In this document: positions 21,425-32,640 of the stretch, one piece after another
How the letters are laid out: every line of letters begins with the position of its first letter
How positions within the stretch are numbered: the first letter of the stretch is position 1
Assembly: GCA_037305845.1 (NCBI GenBank)
Contig: CP147778.1
Location: forward strand, 1,440,001 to 1,504,000
DNA: 64,000 bases
From: Candidatus Freyarchaeum deiterrae
Lineage (GTDB): Archaea; Asgardarchaeota; Jordiarchaeia; Jordiarchaeales; Jordiarchaeaceae
Direction of reading: 5' to 3'
Translations under genes and position numbers: made by a program
Notes under the pieces: model-generated
What the model was told of the DNA's origin: nothing
Seen by the model: only the letters and a program-made list of their open reading frames with translations
Database searches by the model: none

Positions 21425-21991
21425 ATGAGCGAAATCAAAGTATTTGGAAAATGGATAACAGATGATGTTGAAGTGCATGATGTAGGACTAAGAGGAAGTA
21501 TTAATCTCACTCCAAAATATGTTCCTCATACTGACGGCCGGCATGAACATAGAAGATTTATGAAAGCCCGGGTTTTTATAGTAGAGAGGCTGATTAACAA
21601 GCTACAGAACCCTGGACGAAATGCTGGCAAAAAAATGAAGGCCCTTAACATTGTCAGACTCACTTTTGAAATTATTAATATAAAGACCGGGGAAAATCCT
21701 TTACAAGTCCTAGTTAATGCTGTAGAAAACGCGGCTCCTAGAGAAGAAACCACAAGAATCAGTTACGGTGGAATTGTTTACCATCAAGCGGTGGACGTCT
21801 CTCCCCTGAGGCGAGTGGATCTTGCCTTAAGGTTTATAACAAATGCAGCCAGAAAAGCAAGTTTTGGTACACAGAAAACCATAGAGGAATGCTTAGCAGA
21901 CGAATTAATTTCAGCGGCCAATAATGAAACTAAAAGCAGTGCGGTAATGAGGAAAGAAGAAAAAGAGCGGATAGCAACATCAGTACGATAA
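21425..21991 (+). CDS. rps7: Ribosomal protein S7 (uS7)
   Basis: IVERLIN, NAAPREE, VDVSPLRR; start refined to MSEIK. Confidence 0.97.
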   Translation: MSEIKVFGKWITDDVEVHDVGLRGSINLTPKYVPHTDGRHEHRRFMKARVFIVERLINKLQNPGRNAGKKMKALNIVRLTFEIINIKTGENPLQVLVNAVENAAPREETTRISYGGIVYHQAVDVSPLRRVDLALRFITNAARKASFGTQKTIEECLADELISAANNETKSSAVMRKEEKERIATSVR

Positions 21992-22246
21992 AGCATTTAT
22001 GCGACATAACACAAAATTCTATGGAAGCTTTTTCCTCAATTTTTTAAATTAATTTAAAACCTCTATAAGGCTAGCTTATCAAAAAATTGACTTGATTTTT
22101 ATCTGGTAACTGAATTATAAGAAATAGGAAAATTACCAATATTTCGGGAACATTAACTGTATATTTGACTTTCTTTTTTCTAAAAATGCAAGTAATCGAA
22201 ATTTAACCTTTAAAAGGTTAGAGTAGATAGTTTTATGATATGATTT

Positions 22247-22687
22247 TTAACTAATTATTACGTCATCTATTTGGAAATGCCTCCGTGCCAACAAACGAGC
22301 GCGGGCAACATTACGGCCACTTTTTCCAATAGCTATTCCTTTGTCTTTGGAGTCTGCGTTTACAACTGCCACTTTTCGTCCGTTTCTTTTTTCCGTTATG
22401 TGGATGGATTTTATGCGTGCCGGGGCGAGAGTATTTTTTATAAAGTCTTCAGGGTTATCTGCGTACTCCACGACGTCGATGGGTTTTTTGATAAAGTCTC
22501 TAACTCTTTTTATGTTTGTGCCTTTCTTGCCTATTGCCATACCGATGTCTCCTGATTTGATCACGAAAACAATTCTTCCTTCTTCTTCGTCGATAATGCA
22601 ATCCTTAACTACAGCACCAGTTATGCTCTCAAAGAGAGCAATATATCGGAGCTCGTTTGAGGTAAGTTTTACACTATAGCTTGCCAT
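22247..22687 (-). CDS. nusA: Archaeal NusA (KH domains)
   Basis: FESITGA..KDC, AIGKKG, AIGKSGRN. Confidence 0.96.
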   Translation of the reverse strand: MASYSVKLTSNELRYIALFESITGAVVKDCIIDEEEGRIVFVIKSGDIGMAIGKKGTNIKRVRDFIKKPIDVVEYADNPEDFIKNTLAPARIKSIHITEKRNGRKVAVVNADSKDKGIAIGKSGRNVARARLLARRHFQIDDVIIS

Positions 22688-22692
22688 TTATT

Positions 22693-22992
22693 TTATTCCT
22701 CCTTAAGTTTTAGAATTTTAGAATCTCCTGGTTGTTCAACTGCCATGCATGCTATCATGTGGGGTCTTCCACAAACGGCGCCGAGATCCCAGCTTGTGCC
22801 AGAGTAGGTGTAGACTGAAACCTCGGAGAGTTCACCGTAGTGGAGAACCTCTTGTTGAGTTTCTATTGGGCAGTTTTTAGATATAATTACTAGTTGGGGT
22901 TTTCCCTGTTTTATTAGTCTTAGTGTTCTTTTTGTGCCTAGAACTACTTTTCCAGTTTTAACTGCAAGAGTTATTGCTTTGTCAACGTCCAA
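22693..22992 (-). CDS. rpl30e: Ribosomal protein L30e
   Basis: KTGKVVLG, LGAVCGRP, PGDS.I. Confidence 0.96.
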   Translation of the reverse strand: MDVDKAITLAVKTGKVVLGTKRTLRLIKQGKPQLVIISKNCPIETQQEVLHYGELSEVSVYTYSGTSWDLGAVCGRPHMIACMAVEQPGDSKILKLKEE

Positions 22993-22993
22993 T

Positions 22994-24190
22994 TTATGTT
23001 TCCTCCTTCTTATTTTCTTGTTTTGGGTATTGGCCCATTAATAAGTCAATTGCGCCGGTACCTACGGGTATCATTTGTCCTACAATAACGTTTTCGGTTA
23101 TACCGCTCAGAGTATCTTCCTCCCCTTTTACGCTCGCCTCTATTAAATGTTTTACTGTTACCTCAAATGCAGCTCTTGCAAGAACGCTTTCTTTCTCTCC
23201 ACTTATTCCATGGCGTCCAATTTGCCTTATGTCGCCGGAAACCGTCATTAAATCCGCTACTAACATTATATGGCGAATATCGACATCAAGCCCCTGTTCA
23301 TCTAGAACCTTGCTTGCCTCTTCGATTATGGCATTTCGGGCAGCCTCGACGCCGAGAGTTTGGGCGACTTCATGAATATGGTTTGAACTGGTTCTTGAGA
23401 CATCGACGCCTGGAATACGGAGAACTTCAGGTAGATTTGTTCCCTCTGAATACAAAACGTATTCATTTACATCTCTCTCTTTTTTAATGACAACACGATC
23501 TATTCCTATAACTCCCTTCAGAGTTAGGCTTCTTGTTTTTTCAAGAAGTTTTTGTAGGTCTGCTAAGCTCTCATACTCTGGAGTCAGTAAAATAGTGTTG
23601 CCTTGGAGAACAACTTCGCCTTTCTTAAGGTTTTTTACCTTTTCCAATACCATTTCCGCTGTGATACCCTTGTCCTCCACGAGTTCAGGATCCAAATTAA
23701 TTACAATCTGCATTGTGGTAAGGTCTATTTCCACATTGTACGCAACATTTTCTATTCTTGTAGTTTCAATCAATCTCGCTACTTCTCTTGCCTTTGCGAG
23801 ATCGTAACAGTGCTCCTTATCTAAATGAATTGTCATCATTGGAGTAGCGGGGTTACGTCTGGCGTCAACAATTTCTATTAAACGAGGCAAACCTAGTGTT
23901 ACGTTAAGTTCAGCTACACCGGCGTAGTGGAATGTCTTTAGTGTCATCTGTGTGCCTGGTTCTCCCAAACTCTGAGCAGCAACTGTACCTACAGCCTCTT
24001 CAGGTTCTACTAATACCTGAGAATAAGCTTTTTTGACCTCTTCTATTATTTTCTTAACTTTTTTTGGGGTAAAATTATCTTCATTAATTCTGGCTTTCAA
24101 AGCCTTCTCAAGCTCATCAATTAGTAAGGATGGAAGAGAAGCCTCGCTTCTTAGCTTTTCTATTTGGCTTACAATTTCCTCAATTGACAT
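22994..24190 (-). CDS. rpoA2: RNA polymerase subunit A'' (Rpo1C)
   Basis: AQSLGEPGTQMTL.TFH, LGLPRL.EI, RAAFE, PVGTG. Confidence 0.98.
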   Translation of the reverse strand: MSIEEIVSQIEKLRSEASLPSLLIDELEKALKARINEDNFTPKKVKKIIEEVKKAYSQVLVEPEEAVGTVAAQSLGEPGTQMTLKTFHYAGVAELNVTLGLPRLIEIVDARRNPATPMMTIHLDKEHCYDLAKAREVARLIETTRIENVAYNVEIDLTTMQIVINLDPELVEDKGITAEMVLEKVKNLKKGEVVLQGNTILLTPEYESLADLQKLLEKTRSLTLKGVIGIDRVVIKKERDVNEYVLYSEGTNLPEVLRIPGVDVSRTSSNHIHEVAQTLGVEAARNAIIEEASKVLDEQGLDVDIRHIMLVADLMTVSGDIRQIGRHGISGEKESVLARAAFEVTVKHLIEASVKGEEDTLSGITENVIVGQMIPVGTGAIDLLMGQYPKQENKKEET

Positions 24191-24336
24191 TTTAACTCAC
24201 TTTATACCTCTAAGGGCGTCTAATACTTAATGAGTGGCGTATTTTTTATTCAGCAGTTTTCTTACTTTGTCCGTAGCTAACTTTTTCCACTCCATCTATA
24301 ATTTACATGAGTACTCAGATTGGTAGCGTCCTATAT

Positions 24337-26985
24337 TCACTCTTCCTCGCTGAGTACTTTTTCGATTATTACTTTTATGTTTACTGATTTACCATGATCG
24401 CTTTTGGATGGGTCTGCTCCGTCTTCTCCATACTGGAATTGAATTATACTTCCAGCCGCATTTCTAACAGTTCTGTCATACTCCACCTTGATGTCTTGAA
24501 GAGCGTTTATCAATCTTCTCTGCATATATCCGCTGGTGCTAGTTCTAACAGCTGTATCAACTAATCCTTCTCTGCCACCCATCGCGTGGAAGAAGAATTC
24601 AATGGGACTCAATCCCCTCTGATAACTAGCACTAACAAAACCTCTTGCTTTTGCGCTCAAGTCGCCTTCCTCAAAATGAGGCAGTGTTCTGTTTCTGTAT
24701 CCTCTCTGTATTCTGCTACCTCTCACCGATTGTTGTCCTACGCAGGCAGCCATCTGTGCAAGGTTGAGCAGAGTTCCTCGTGCGCCAGTCTTAGCCATTA
24801 TTACTGCATGGTTTTGCATACCGAGGTATTCTCCCGCCACATCACCAGCTTTGTCTCGAGCATTAGAAAGTTCCTGCATAATTAGCATCTCTAATGTTTC
24901 TTGAAGTGTTCTGCCGGGTAGACTCTCGAGTTCTCCTCGTCGGTATGTGTCAACTAATTCATTAACTTTATTATTAGATTCCTGCAGAATTTCGTTTACA
25001 CGGGAAAGAGCTTCCTTTGTTATGTCTACATCGTCAATTCCCATTGTAAAGCCCAATCTAGTTATCATAAGCGTTAACATTCGTGTGACCGAGTCTAGGA
25101 AATCACGCGCTTGATCCGCTCCATAATCTTTTACAATTCTGTGGAATAAGCTCTCAGGTACTCCCGCACCGAAAGCGGATTTATCAATTACACCCGAAAC
25201 GAGATTTCCGTTGCGAACCATTACAAAGTAATCATTTGGGCAACTCTCCTTCGAACATGTATCACATCGTTTACAGATTTTTGCTTTAAAGGAGAGATTC
25301 AGGTCTTTGGGTAAAAGAACGCTGAAAATTTGTTTTCCTGTCCAGAGTTCCATGGGGCTTTTAATTGCTGGAGGAGGAAGTTCAGTACGTCCAGCTACTA
25401 AGAGAAGGTCGCATGTATCCTTTCTGTTAAAGAAAGTATCCTTTTTCGTGAGCAAATAAGCTGATGAAATAAAATCTTGAATGCCGCCTATAATCGGACC
25501 GCCGTAACGCGGACTAAGGATATTTTCCTGAACTCTCATTAAAACAAAGGCTTCTGCTCGCGCCTCCTCACCCTGGGGAACGTGAAGATTCATTTCATCT
25601 CCATCAAAATCTGCGTTGTATGGAGGACAGACGCAAAGATTTAATCTAAATGTTTTAAACGGCATCACGCGTACCTGATGTGCCATTATGGACATCCTGT
25701 GTAATGAGGGCTGTCTGTTAAAGAGCACAATATCCTTATCTCTGAGATGCCTCTCTACAATAAATCCCACTTCTAGAGTATCCGCGATAGCTTTTCGATC
25801 CTTTACGAAACGAAGGTCAATTCTTCTTCCATCGCTACGTATAACGTAGTTTGCACCCGGAGGTTTCTCAGGTCCCCTTATAATTAGCTCTTTCATTTCC
25901 TCTATATTCCACTCGGTTATTCGCTCAGGTATTGTCAAAATTTCCGCGATTTCAAGGGGTACCCCAACCTCATTTATACCAAGATTAGGGTCAGGGGATA
26001 TCACGGTTCTTGCAGAAAAGTCAACTCTCTTCCCTGATAGATTACTTCTAAAACGGCCTTCTTTTCCTTTAAGTCTCTGCGCGAGAGTACGCAGAGCTCT
26101 TCCAGACCTGTGTCTTGCCGGTGGTATTCCTGACATTTCATTATCAAAGTAAGTAGTAACATGATACTGAAGCAGTTCCCATAAGTCCTCCACGATAAGT
26201 TGAGGAGCACCCGCCTCAATATTCTCCCTCAAACGTTGATTGATACGGATAACATCAACAAGTTTGTGTGTAAGATCATCTTCAGAACGGACCCCCGAGT
26301 CTAGGGTGATGCTAGGGCGTACTGCCACAGGGGGCACGGGTAGGACGGTGAGAACCATCCATTCAGGCCGAGCGAATTTGGGGTTTATTCCAATCAAGCG
26401 ACAATCATCATCAATAATTCGCTCACACCTGTCTCTGACATCACTCGGAGTTAAACGAATAGATCCTATGTCGGTCTCCTCATAAAATGTAGTGGGCTTT
26501 TCTAAACGGATCTTAAGCTGTTTCTCTCCACAATGAGGGCATGTACTTATTCTGGAGGCTCTCTTTGTTACCTCCGTCGTTATACTATCGCTCAAAGTTC
26601 CAGTTTCTTTCTCATAAGCATCCATTTGCTCTTTAAAAACCGTAATTTCATCATCAGGCAGAAGGAGACGTGAACAAGAGCGACAGGTGGCTCTAAGAAT
26701 TTTCTGAAGAAGTTTAGCAAATCCCTCATGAATCACGGGGCGCGCTAACTCAATGTGACCGAAATGACCCTGGCATTCTCCTACTCTACTTCCACACGTC
26801 TTGCATCGTCTACCTGGTTCTATTGTTCCAAGTCTGCTGTCCATTAATCCCGAGTCTATCGGTGCCCCGTCCTCGTCGTATGTGTCGGGCGTTATTATTC
26901 TAGTAACGGACATTCTTCGGATCTCGTCTGGTGATAGTAATCCAAATTTTATCGAGTCAACAACCTTGGGAAGTCTGAATGCCAA
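24337..26985 (-). CDS. rpoA1: RNA polymerase subunit A' (Rpo1N)
   Basis: NADFDGDEMN catalytic motif, C.GHFG, GGREGLVDTA. Confidence 0.99.
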   Translation of the reverse strand: MAFRLPKVVDSIKFGLLSPDEIRRMSVTRIITPDTYDEDGAPIDSGLMDSRLGTIEPGRRCKTCGSRVGECQGHFGHIELARPVIHEGFAKLLQKILRATCRSCSRLLLPDDEITVFKEQMDAYEKETGTLSDSITTEVTKRASRISTCPHCGEKQLKIRLEKPTTFYEETDIGSIRLTPSDVRDRCERIIDDDCRLIGINPKFARPEWMVLTVLPVPPVAVRPSITLDSGVRSEDDLTHKLVDVIRINQRLRENIEAGAPQLIVEDLWELLQYHVTTYFDNEMSGIPPARHRSGRALRTLAQRLKGKEGRFRSNLSGKRVDFSARTVISPDPNLGINEVGVPLEIAEILTIPERITEWNIEEMKELIIRGPEKPPGANYVIRSDGRRIDLRFVKDRKAIADTLEVGFIVERHLRDKDIVLFNRQPSLHRMSIMAHQVRVMPFKTFRLNLCVCPPYNADFDGDEMNLHVPQGEEARAEAFVLMRVQENILSPRYGGPIIGGIQDFISSAYLLTKKDTFFNRKDTCDLLLVAGRTELPPPAIKSPMELWTGKQIFSVLLPKDLNLSFKAKICKRCDTCSKESCPNDYFVMVRNGNLVSGVIDKSAFGAGVPESLFHRIVKDYGADQARDFLDSVTRMLTLMITRLGFTMGIDDVDITKEALSRVNEILQESNNKVNELVDTYRRGELESLPGRTLQETLEMLIMQELSNARDKAGDVAGEYLGMQNHAVIMAKTGARGTLLNLAQMAACVGQQSVRGSRIQRGYRNRTLPHFEEGDLSAKARGFVSASYQRGLSPIEFFFHAMGGREGLVDTAVRTSTSGYMQRRLINALQDIKVEYDRTVRNAAGSIIQFQYGEDGADPSKSDHGKSVNIKVIIEKVLSEEE

Positions 26986-27278
26986 CTAATCAACTCCAAA
27001 ACACTATCAGCTCATCTCTTAAAACTCAAAAGTAGTATCCCTTACAACCAAAGAAGAACCTCGCACAACTTATAAACTTTTCTTCAATTTCTTCAGGAAC
27101 CTCGTCTTGACCCTGTCTTTTTCCTTATGATATGCACACATTGGTCTTAATTTTTTTAGGCCTTTTTATAAGAAGCCTCAATAAAATATGTCATAATCTG
27201 TAGATATGATTATACAGGATTATTTAAAGCCTACTACCCTCAATTCTTTCCCTTTTTGAAATGTGGCGAGTTTTGTAT

Positions 27279-29099
27279 TTATAAGACGGTAACACTCTTC
27301 GCTAAATTCCTCGGCTTGTCAGGGTCGTATCCTCTTTTGGTGGCAGCGTAATAAGCAAATAATTGTAGCGGTACCACGTAGGTGATAGGCGAGAATGCTG
27401 ACGCGGTTTGTGTTATATCAATCATCTTATCGGATAACTTTTGTATCTCATAATCTTCTTCTTCTGCTATGCTTATTATTGTGGCTTCGCGTGCTTTCAT
27501 TTCCATAATGTTTCCAATTATTTTTTCATGCGTTTCATCGGGAGGTGTGATAAAGACAACCGGAAAACCTGGCTCGATTAACGCTATTGGGCCATGTTTG
27601 GATTCTCCCGCGGGGTACGCTTCGGAATGAATATATGAAATTTCTTTTAGTTTTAGAGAACCTTCCATCGCGGTGGCGGTACTAATCCCTCTTCCCAGAA
27701 ATAGGAAATTCTGTTTGTTAGCATATTCATAAGCAATATCTCTTATCAGACTCTCCTGCTTGTTAATGGTTTTCTCGATAATTTTAGGAGTTTGTGAGAG
27801 TTCTTCTCTAAGATGTTCTATTTCACCACTGTCGAGTTCACCTGTAACTCCTGCAATCTTCAAAGAGATTAAGGCCAGGCTAGCTAATTGTACCATGAAT
27901 GTCTTTGTTGCAGCAACTCCTATTTCGGGTCCAGCCTGCGTGTATAAAGTCAGGTCGGACAATCTGGAAATGGTACTTCCCATCACGTTTGTTATGGAAA
28001 TTATTTTTGCTCCGTTGTCCTTAGCAAATTTTACAGCATTTAGGGTGTCAGCGGTTTCTCCTGATTGGCTTATTGCGAGAATTGTTGTATCATCGTCTAT
28101 AAGGTTCGCTGTTGATTCCTGGAATTCCGAGGATATTATCGATTGGCTTCGCACAGAGGAGAGCTTGGATAACATGTATTTTCCAGCTAATCCTGCATGA
28201 TTTGATGTCCCCGCAGCTGTGATATATAATCTTTCTGAATCATTAAGGGCTCTTGCGATCTCATCGATTATTTCGGGTCTTATCATGAGAGTATTATTGA
28301 GTGCGTGAGGCTGTTCATGAATCTCTTTGAGCATAAAATGAGGATAACCACCTTTCTGAGCCATTTCGGGCGTCCAGGGAACATCAAATATTTTTGGTTC
28401 TACCTCCACCTCCCCATTGATGGTTTCGATGCGCATTTCATTACATTGAATAGTTGCCATTTCACCATCGTTCATTAATACAACTTTTCTTGTAAATGGA
28501 AGAAGCGCAGGTATATCTGAGGCGCAGTAACGCGTGTTTTCACCAATACCTATTACCAGAGGACTGCCATTCCGGGCGCAAACTAACTTATCTGGCTCCT
28601 TTACATAAATAATGACTAAAGCATAGCTTCCCCTTATTTTTTGCAGAGCCAGCCTAGTAGCCGTACGGAGATCACACTTGTTTTTTGTTATAATCTCTTC
28701 TATTAGGTGCGGAATAATCTCGGTGTCCGTTGCTGATACAAACGTGTGCCTTTTTCCTAATTCATCCCGAAGTTCTAGAAAGTTTTCAATTATACCATTG
28801 TGAACCACTGCGATTTTATTTGTACAATCAACATGAGGGTGTGCGTTTATTCTTGAGGGAAGTCCATGTGTCGCCCATCTTGTGTGACCTATTCCTGTTG
28901 TGCCAGGCAACTTGTCCAAGTCTAGTTTTTCATGTATTTCTTTTATTTTCCCCTTATCTTTTTTTAGGGAGATTGCGTTTTGATAAATTGTTGCAATACC
29001 TGCGGAATCATAGCCACGATATTCCAGTCTTAGGAGAGCTTCATGTATAATAGGTGAAACGAGTTGATTCTTGTCTACGATACCCACTATTCCGCACAT
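27279..29099 (-). CDS. glmS: Glutamine--fructose-6-phosphate aminotransferase
   Basis: MCGIVG, EYRGYDS, HTRWATHG, SQSGET, PRNLAKSVT. Confidence 0.98.
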   Translation of the reverse strand: MCGIVGIVDKNQLVSPIIHEALLRLEYRGYDSAGIATIYQNAISLKKDKGKIKEIHEKLDLDKLPGTTGIGHTRWATHGLPSRINAHPHVDCTNKIAVVHNGIIENFLELRDELGKRHTFVSATDTEIIPHLIEEIITKNKCDLRTATRLALQKIRGSYALVIIYVKEPDKLVCARNGSPLVIGIGENTRYCASDIPALLPFTRKVVLMNDGEMATIQCNEMRIETINGEVEVEPKIFDVPWTPEMAQKGGYPHFMLKEIHEQPHALNNTLMIRPEIIDEIARALNDSERLYITAAGTSNHAGLAGKYMLSKLSSVRSQSIISSEFQESTANLIDDDTTILAISQSGETADTLNAVKFAKDNGAKIISITNVMGSTISRLSDLTLYTQAGPEIGVAATKTFMVQLASLALISLKIAGVTGELDSGEIEHLREELSQTPKIIEKTINKQESLIRDIAYEYANKQNFLFLGRGISTATAMEGSLKLKEISYIHSEAYPAGESKHGPIALIEPGFPVVFITPPDETHEKIIGNIMEMKAREATIISIAEEEDYEIQKLSDKMIDITQTASAFSPITYVVPLQLFAYYAATKRGYDPDKPRNLAKSVTVL

Positions 29100-29148
29100 T
29101 TTTTTCCCTCAGCTTCAGGATAGTTAAAACTAAGATTAGTCTTGCTTT

Positions 29149-30513
29149 TTATGTATTTGTGTCTACACCACCCTGAAGTATTTGGTAACCATTATAGGGC
29201 TCCCGGGAAGTTATTTCTCCACATAAGTTAGTAGTCATTTGTTTGTATATTTCTTCCATGTTTTTTGTATGCCCTAGAATATAGATCAATTTTACATAAG
29301 CAGTTTCAGGTAACATATTCTCACAGGGAATTACTCCTATTTTTAGAAGATCTCTTCCTCTTTCATACACATTCATTCCTACAAATCCGTAAAGGCATTG
29401 CGAGGTCATCGCTATGGGGATATTTTCTTCTTTAGCTCGGGTTAAAGAATCCATTAGAGTTTTGGGGCAGTGACCTAAACCGGTACCAGCCAGAACAATT
29501 CCATGATATTTTGAATCTATAAGGTGGTTAATAATATCGGCTTCTATTCCAGGATACGTAAATACCAATGCAACTTTAGGGTCTAGTTTTGTATCCGATT
29601 CCACCTCGCCTTGCTTCTTCCTTTTTTTATAATCGTTTCTAATCATTTTTATCTCATTATTCAGCACTAACCCAAGAGGGATATCTCCAATTGTACGAAA
29701 GGCGTCTCTTCTACTGGTATGCATTTTTCTAACTCTAGTTCCCCTGTGAATCAAGTTATAGTCGTCGCTACTATGCCCATGCATACAAATAACCACTTCA
29801 GCTATATCGCTAAACGCGGCAACTCTAGCTGCGGAAATCAGATTTATCGCTGCATCACTTGATGGTCTGTCACTACTCCTCTGGCTTCCAACTAAAACTA
29901 CTGGAACTGGTAAATCTTTTAGCATAAATGATAACGCTGAAGAAGTAAAGTGCATAGTATCTGTGCCATGGGGAATAATGATTCCGTCTACTCCCGAGTT
30001 TATTTGTTCAGCTGCCATTTCCGCAATTTTAACCCAGTATTCCGGTCTCATATCTTCTGAAAATATTTCAAACAAGAGTTCTGTTTTTAGATTACAGACT
30101 TCTGCAAGTTCTGGAACCGCACTAAAAAGCTCCTGAGGAGTAAAAGCGGGCATAACAGCCCCGGTTCTGTAATCGAGCCTACTCGCCACCGTACCCCCAG
30201 TGCCAATAAGAAATACGTTTGGTTTCTTGGAATCGAACTCAACTTCTATTTCGGGGATGGCGTAAAGACCGGGGTTATATCCTATCTCTTTGATTTCTGT
30301 ATCATCTGTAATTTTTACTCCGATGTTGTAGCCAGTGTCTAGTTTAAGAACTAGATGCTGATCATCACCCATATCGGATCTTGGTAGTAATACTCCCTTG
30401 TATGTTGCTTCAGGTGTAACTACTTCAATAACACTCCAAATCTTGACTTCTGCGAACTCTAGCTTTTTTCTAACAAATCCCCAATATCCTTGTAATTCCT
30501 CTTTTATGGTCAT
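29149..30513 (-). CDS. gatD: Glu-tRNA(Gln) amidotransferase subunit D
   Basis: KL..GYNIG, TGGT.ASR.DY.TG, HGTDT, QRSSDRPSSD. Confidence 0.97.
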   Translation of the reverse strand: MTIKEELQGYWGFVRKKLEFAEVKIWSVIEVVTPEATYKGVLLPRSDMGDDQHLVLKLDTGYNIGVKITDDTEIKEIGYNPGLYAIPEIEVEFDSKKPNVFLIGTGGTVASRLDYRTGAVMPAFTPQELFSAVPELAEVCNLKTELLFEIFSEDMRPEYWVKIAEMAAEQINSGVDGIIIPHGTDTMHFTSSALSFMLKDLPVPVVLVGSQRSSDRPSSDAAINLISAARVAAFSDIAEVVICMHGHSSDDYNLIHRGTRVRKMHTSRRDAFRTIGDIPLGLVLNNEIKMIRNDYKKRKKQGEVESDTKLDPKVALVFTYPGIEADIINHLIDSKYHGIVLAGTGLGHCPKTLMDSLTRAKEENIPIAMTSQCLYGFVGMNVYERGRDLLKIGVIPCENMLPETAYVKLIYILGHTKNMEEIYKQMTTNLCGEITSREPYNGYQILQGGVDTNT

Positions 30514-30515
30514 TA

Positions 30516-32450
30516 TTATCCCTCTAACCTTTGTTTTAATTTTTTACGAAGGAGTTCAGCCACTACTTTTCCGTCGATGTTGCCCCTAACTTTTTCCATC
30601 ACTTTACCCATCATAGGGCTAAACGCTCTTTCTCCGTTTTTTTCTATAAAGTCGCTGCTTTCATCAAGTATTTCATCGATTATTCCTTCAAGTTCCTCCG
30701 TGGTAATGGTTTCCAGTTTCAATTCTTTGAGAGCGTCCTCAACTGTAATTGAGGGAGATTTTCCAAGTACTCGAAGGACTTCCTCCACTGCCTCTTTTGC
30801 AATTTTACCTTCAGAGAGAAATTTGAAAGTCTCTTTAATTTTTTCTTGAGGTATTTCATCTGTTTGAATGTTCTCTCTATCCAGTGCTTTCATAGTTTGA
30901 AGAAGAGATACAGCAACGATCGTCGGATCTATTTTAATTTCTTTAACAATTTCCATGAAAAGCTCCATTTTTCCAGATCCCATCAATTCCTCTGCGAACA
31001 ATTCGTTTATCTTGTATTTCTTTGCCAAGCGTTTCTGAACCACCCAGGGATATTCTGGAAGGTTTTTTCTAATTGATTCTACTCTTTCTTTTTCTATAAC
31101 CAGTGGTGGCGAATCTGTATCGGGATATAGACGCGCCCCGCCATGTAACTCTCTTAAGAATTCGCTGTTGCCATTTTCTAGGGCTCTTCTGGTTTCTCTT
31201 AGTACACCCTTTAAGGCTCGCTTGGCGCGGCTAACGGCGTTATCCAATGCCTTTTGTGCTTTACTTTCATCTCCAATAACAATTGCATATGAGTCCATCT
31301 CGTCCAGAGCGAGAAAGCTTCGCAGCTTTGAATCCTCTTCCACACTGATGTTGTATTTATCAAGTTTTTCATCGGAATGGATAATGCCCTTTAGTCCGGT
31401 AATCACTGTTACTCTCTCAGCGATTTCCTTTCCAAAACTTTTTCCTGGTTGAACCTCTTTGCCTAATAATCCAGCAAATTTGGGCAGCTTTACCGACAGC
31501 ACTTTTTCTTCCTTTTTCTTATTTTTAATAATCTTGCATTTGGTAGAAGCGAAAATCTTGGAAGCATCTTTATATTCCGGTGAAAAGTCTTCTTCCTTTA
31601 CCCCTCGTTCTAATAGCTGCTTCTTAATGTCTAGTAGTGCAACTTGTCTTATTGTCTCATTTTCAGCTAGTCTAGGGATCCATTCTAACTTCTGGACTCC
31701 CTTGATTTCAACCCGCTCACCGCCCTCTATACTGACGTTAATATCCTGTCTTATGGTTCCAAGTCCCCTCTTTACCTTCTCTGTTGATCGTATAAGCATC
31801 CCTATCTTGTAAGCGGTTTTAAGAATTTCATCCGGATTTGTTATTTCCGGTAATGTAACGATTTCCACTAGGGGAATTCCCAATCTGTCTATTCTATAAT
31901 AAACTGTTTTCTCTTCTTCCCTAATTTTTCTAGCAGCATCCTCTTCTATACAAATAGTGGAGACTCCGATTTTCTTACCGTCGAGTGGTATGAAGCCGTC
32001 TGTTCCGATGATTAATGTGCGCTGAAATCCACAGGGAACTGATCCATCGAGATAGTTTTTTCGTAGGATGTGCAATTCGTCTATTACCTTTGCATTAAAC
32101 AGGAGTGAAATTTCAATACCTATGTCTATCGCTTCTTGGGAGATGTCAAAAGGAGGTGTTTGATGCTTGCAGGTGTTCTACATGCAAGTTTCATCTATCT
32201 CATATGTGCAGTTAACATCATTAAATCCTTCATATACGATAGTACGTCCTTTTTCATACTCAACTAGCATTGCTTCATCATACTTCCCCATCTCACCTAA
32301 TACTGGTCTAAAATATCTCTTAACTAGAAATTCGGGTTCATCGGTTTTTAGAATTGGCTGACAGAGACAGAATAGTTTGCGATTGGTTAGAAGCTCCTGG
32401 TGAATTTCAATTCCTGCCTTGAATCCTAGTTTTTCGTATTCTAGCTCCAA
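30516..32450 (-). CDS. gatE: Glu-tRNA(Gln) amidotransferase subunit E; two exons (32450-32190, 32159-30516), about 634 aa spliced
   Basis: Y..LG.K.GIEIHQ.L, KLFC, DE|TPP across junction, DGS...GFQRT, RGLGTIRQD, R.YP.TD. Confidence 0.95.
32160..32189 (-). other. 30-nt BHB-type intron in gatE mRNA
   Basis: GAUG AA|A CUUGCA ... UGCAAG CAUC AA|A; perfect 4-bp central helix; in-frame UAG inside. Confidence 0.9.
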
Positions 32451-32640
32451 TAGAACCGCCTCCAATTTTTTAAGGTTTCAAACACATTATCCGATGGTAA
32501 CAACAAGAACCAACACCTTTTTCTTCATAATAATATCTCTTTCTAAAAATCTTTTCTAAGGCTTACAAAAATTCAAAGTATTTATAACTATTTCATTGCC
32601 TAGTCAGCATTGTATTCTAAACTTTTAGGGGCAAAAACAC

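Noticed and set aside
24227-24295. 22-codon ORF (MEWKKLATDK...) between rpoA' and rpoA''
   Set aside because: Too short, no clear SD or homology; no BHB that would fuse A' and A''.
32178-32180. In-frame TAG in gatE as pyrrolysine or read-through
   Set aside because: Read-through would leave 10 extra residues in the DE-x-PP motif; a BHB removes exactly those 30 nt.
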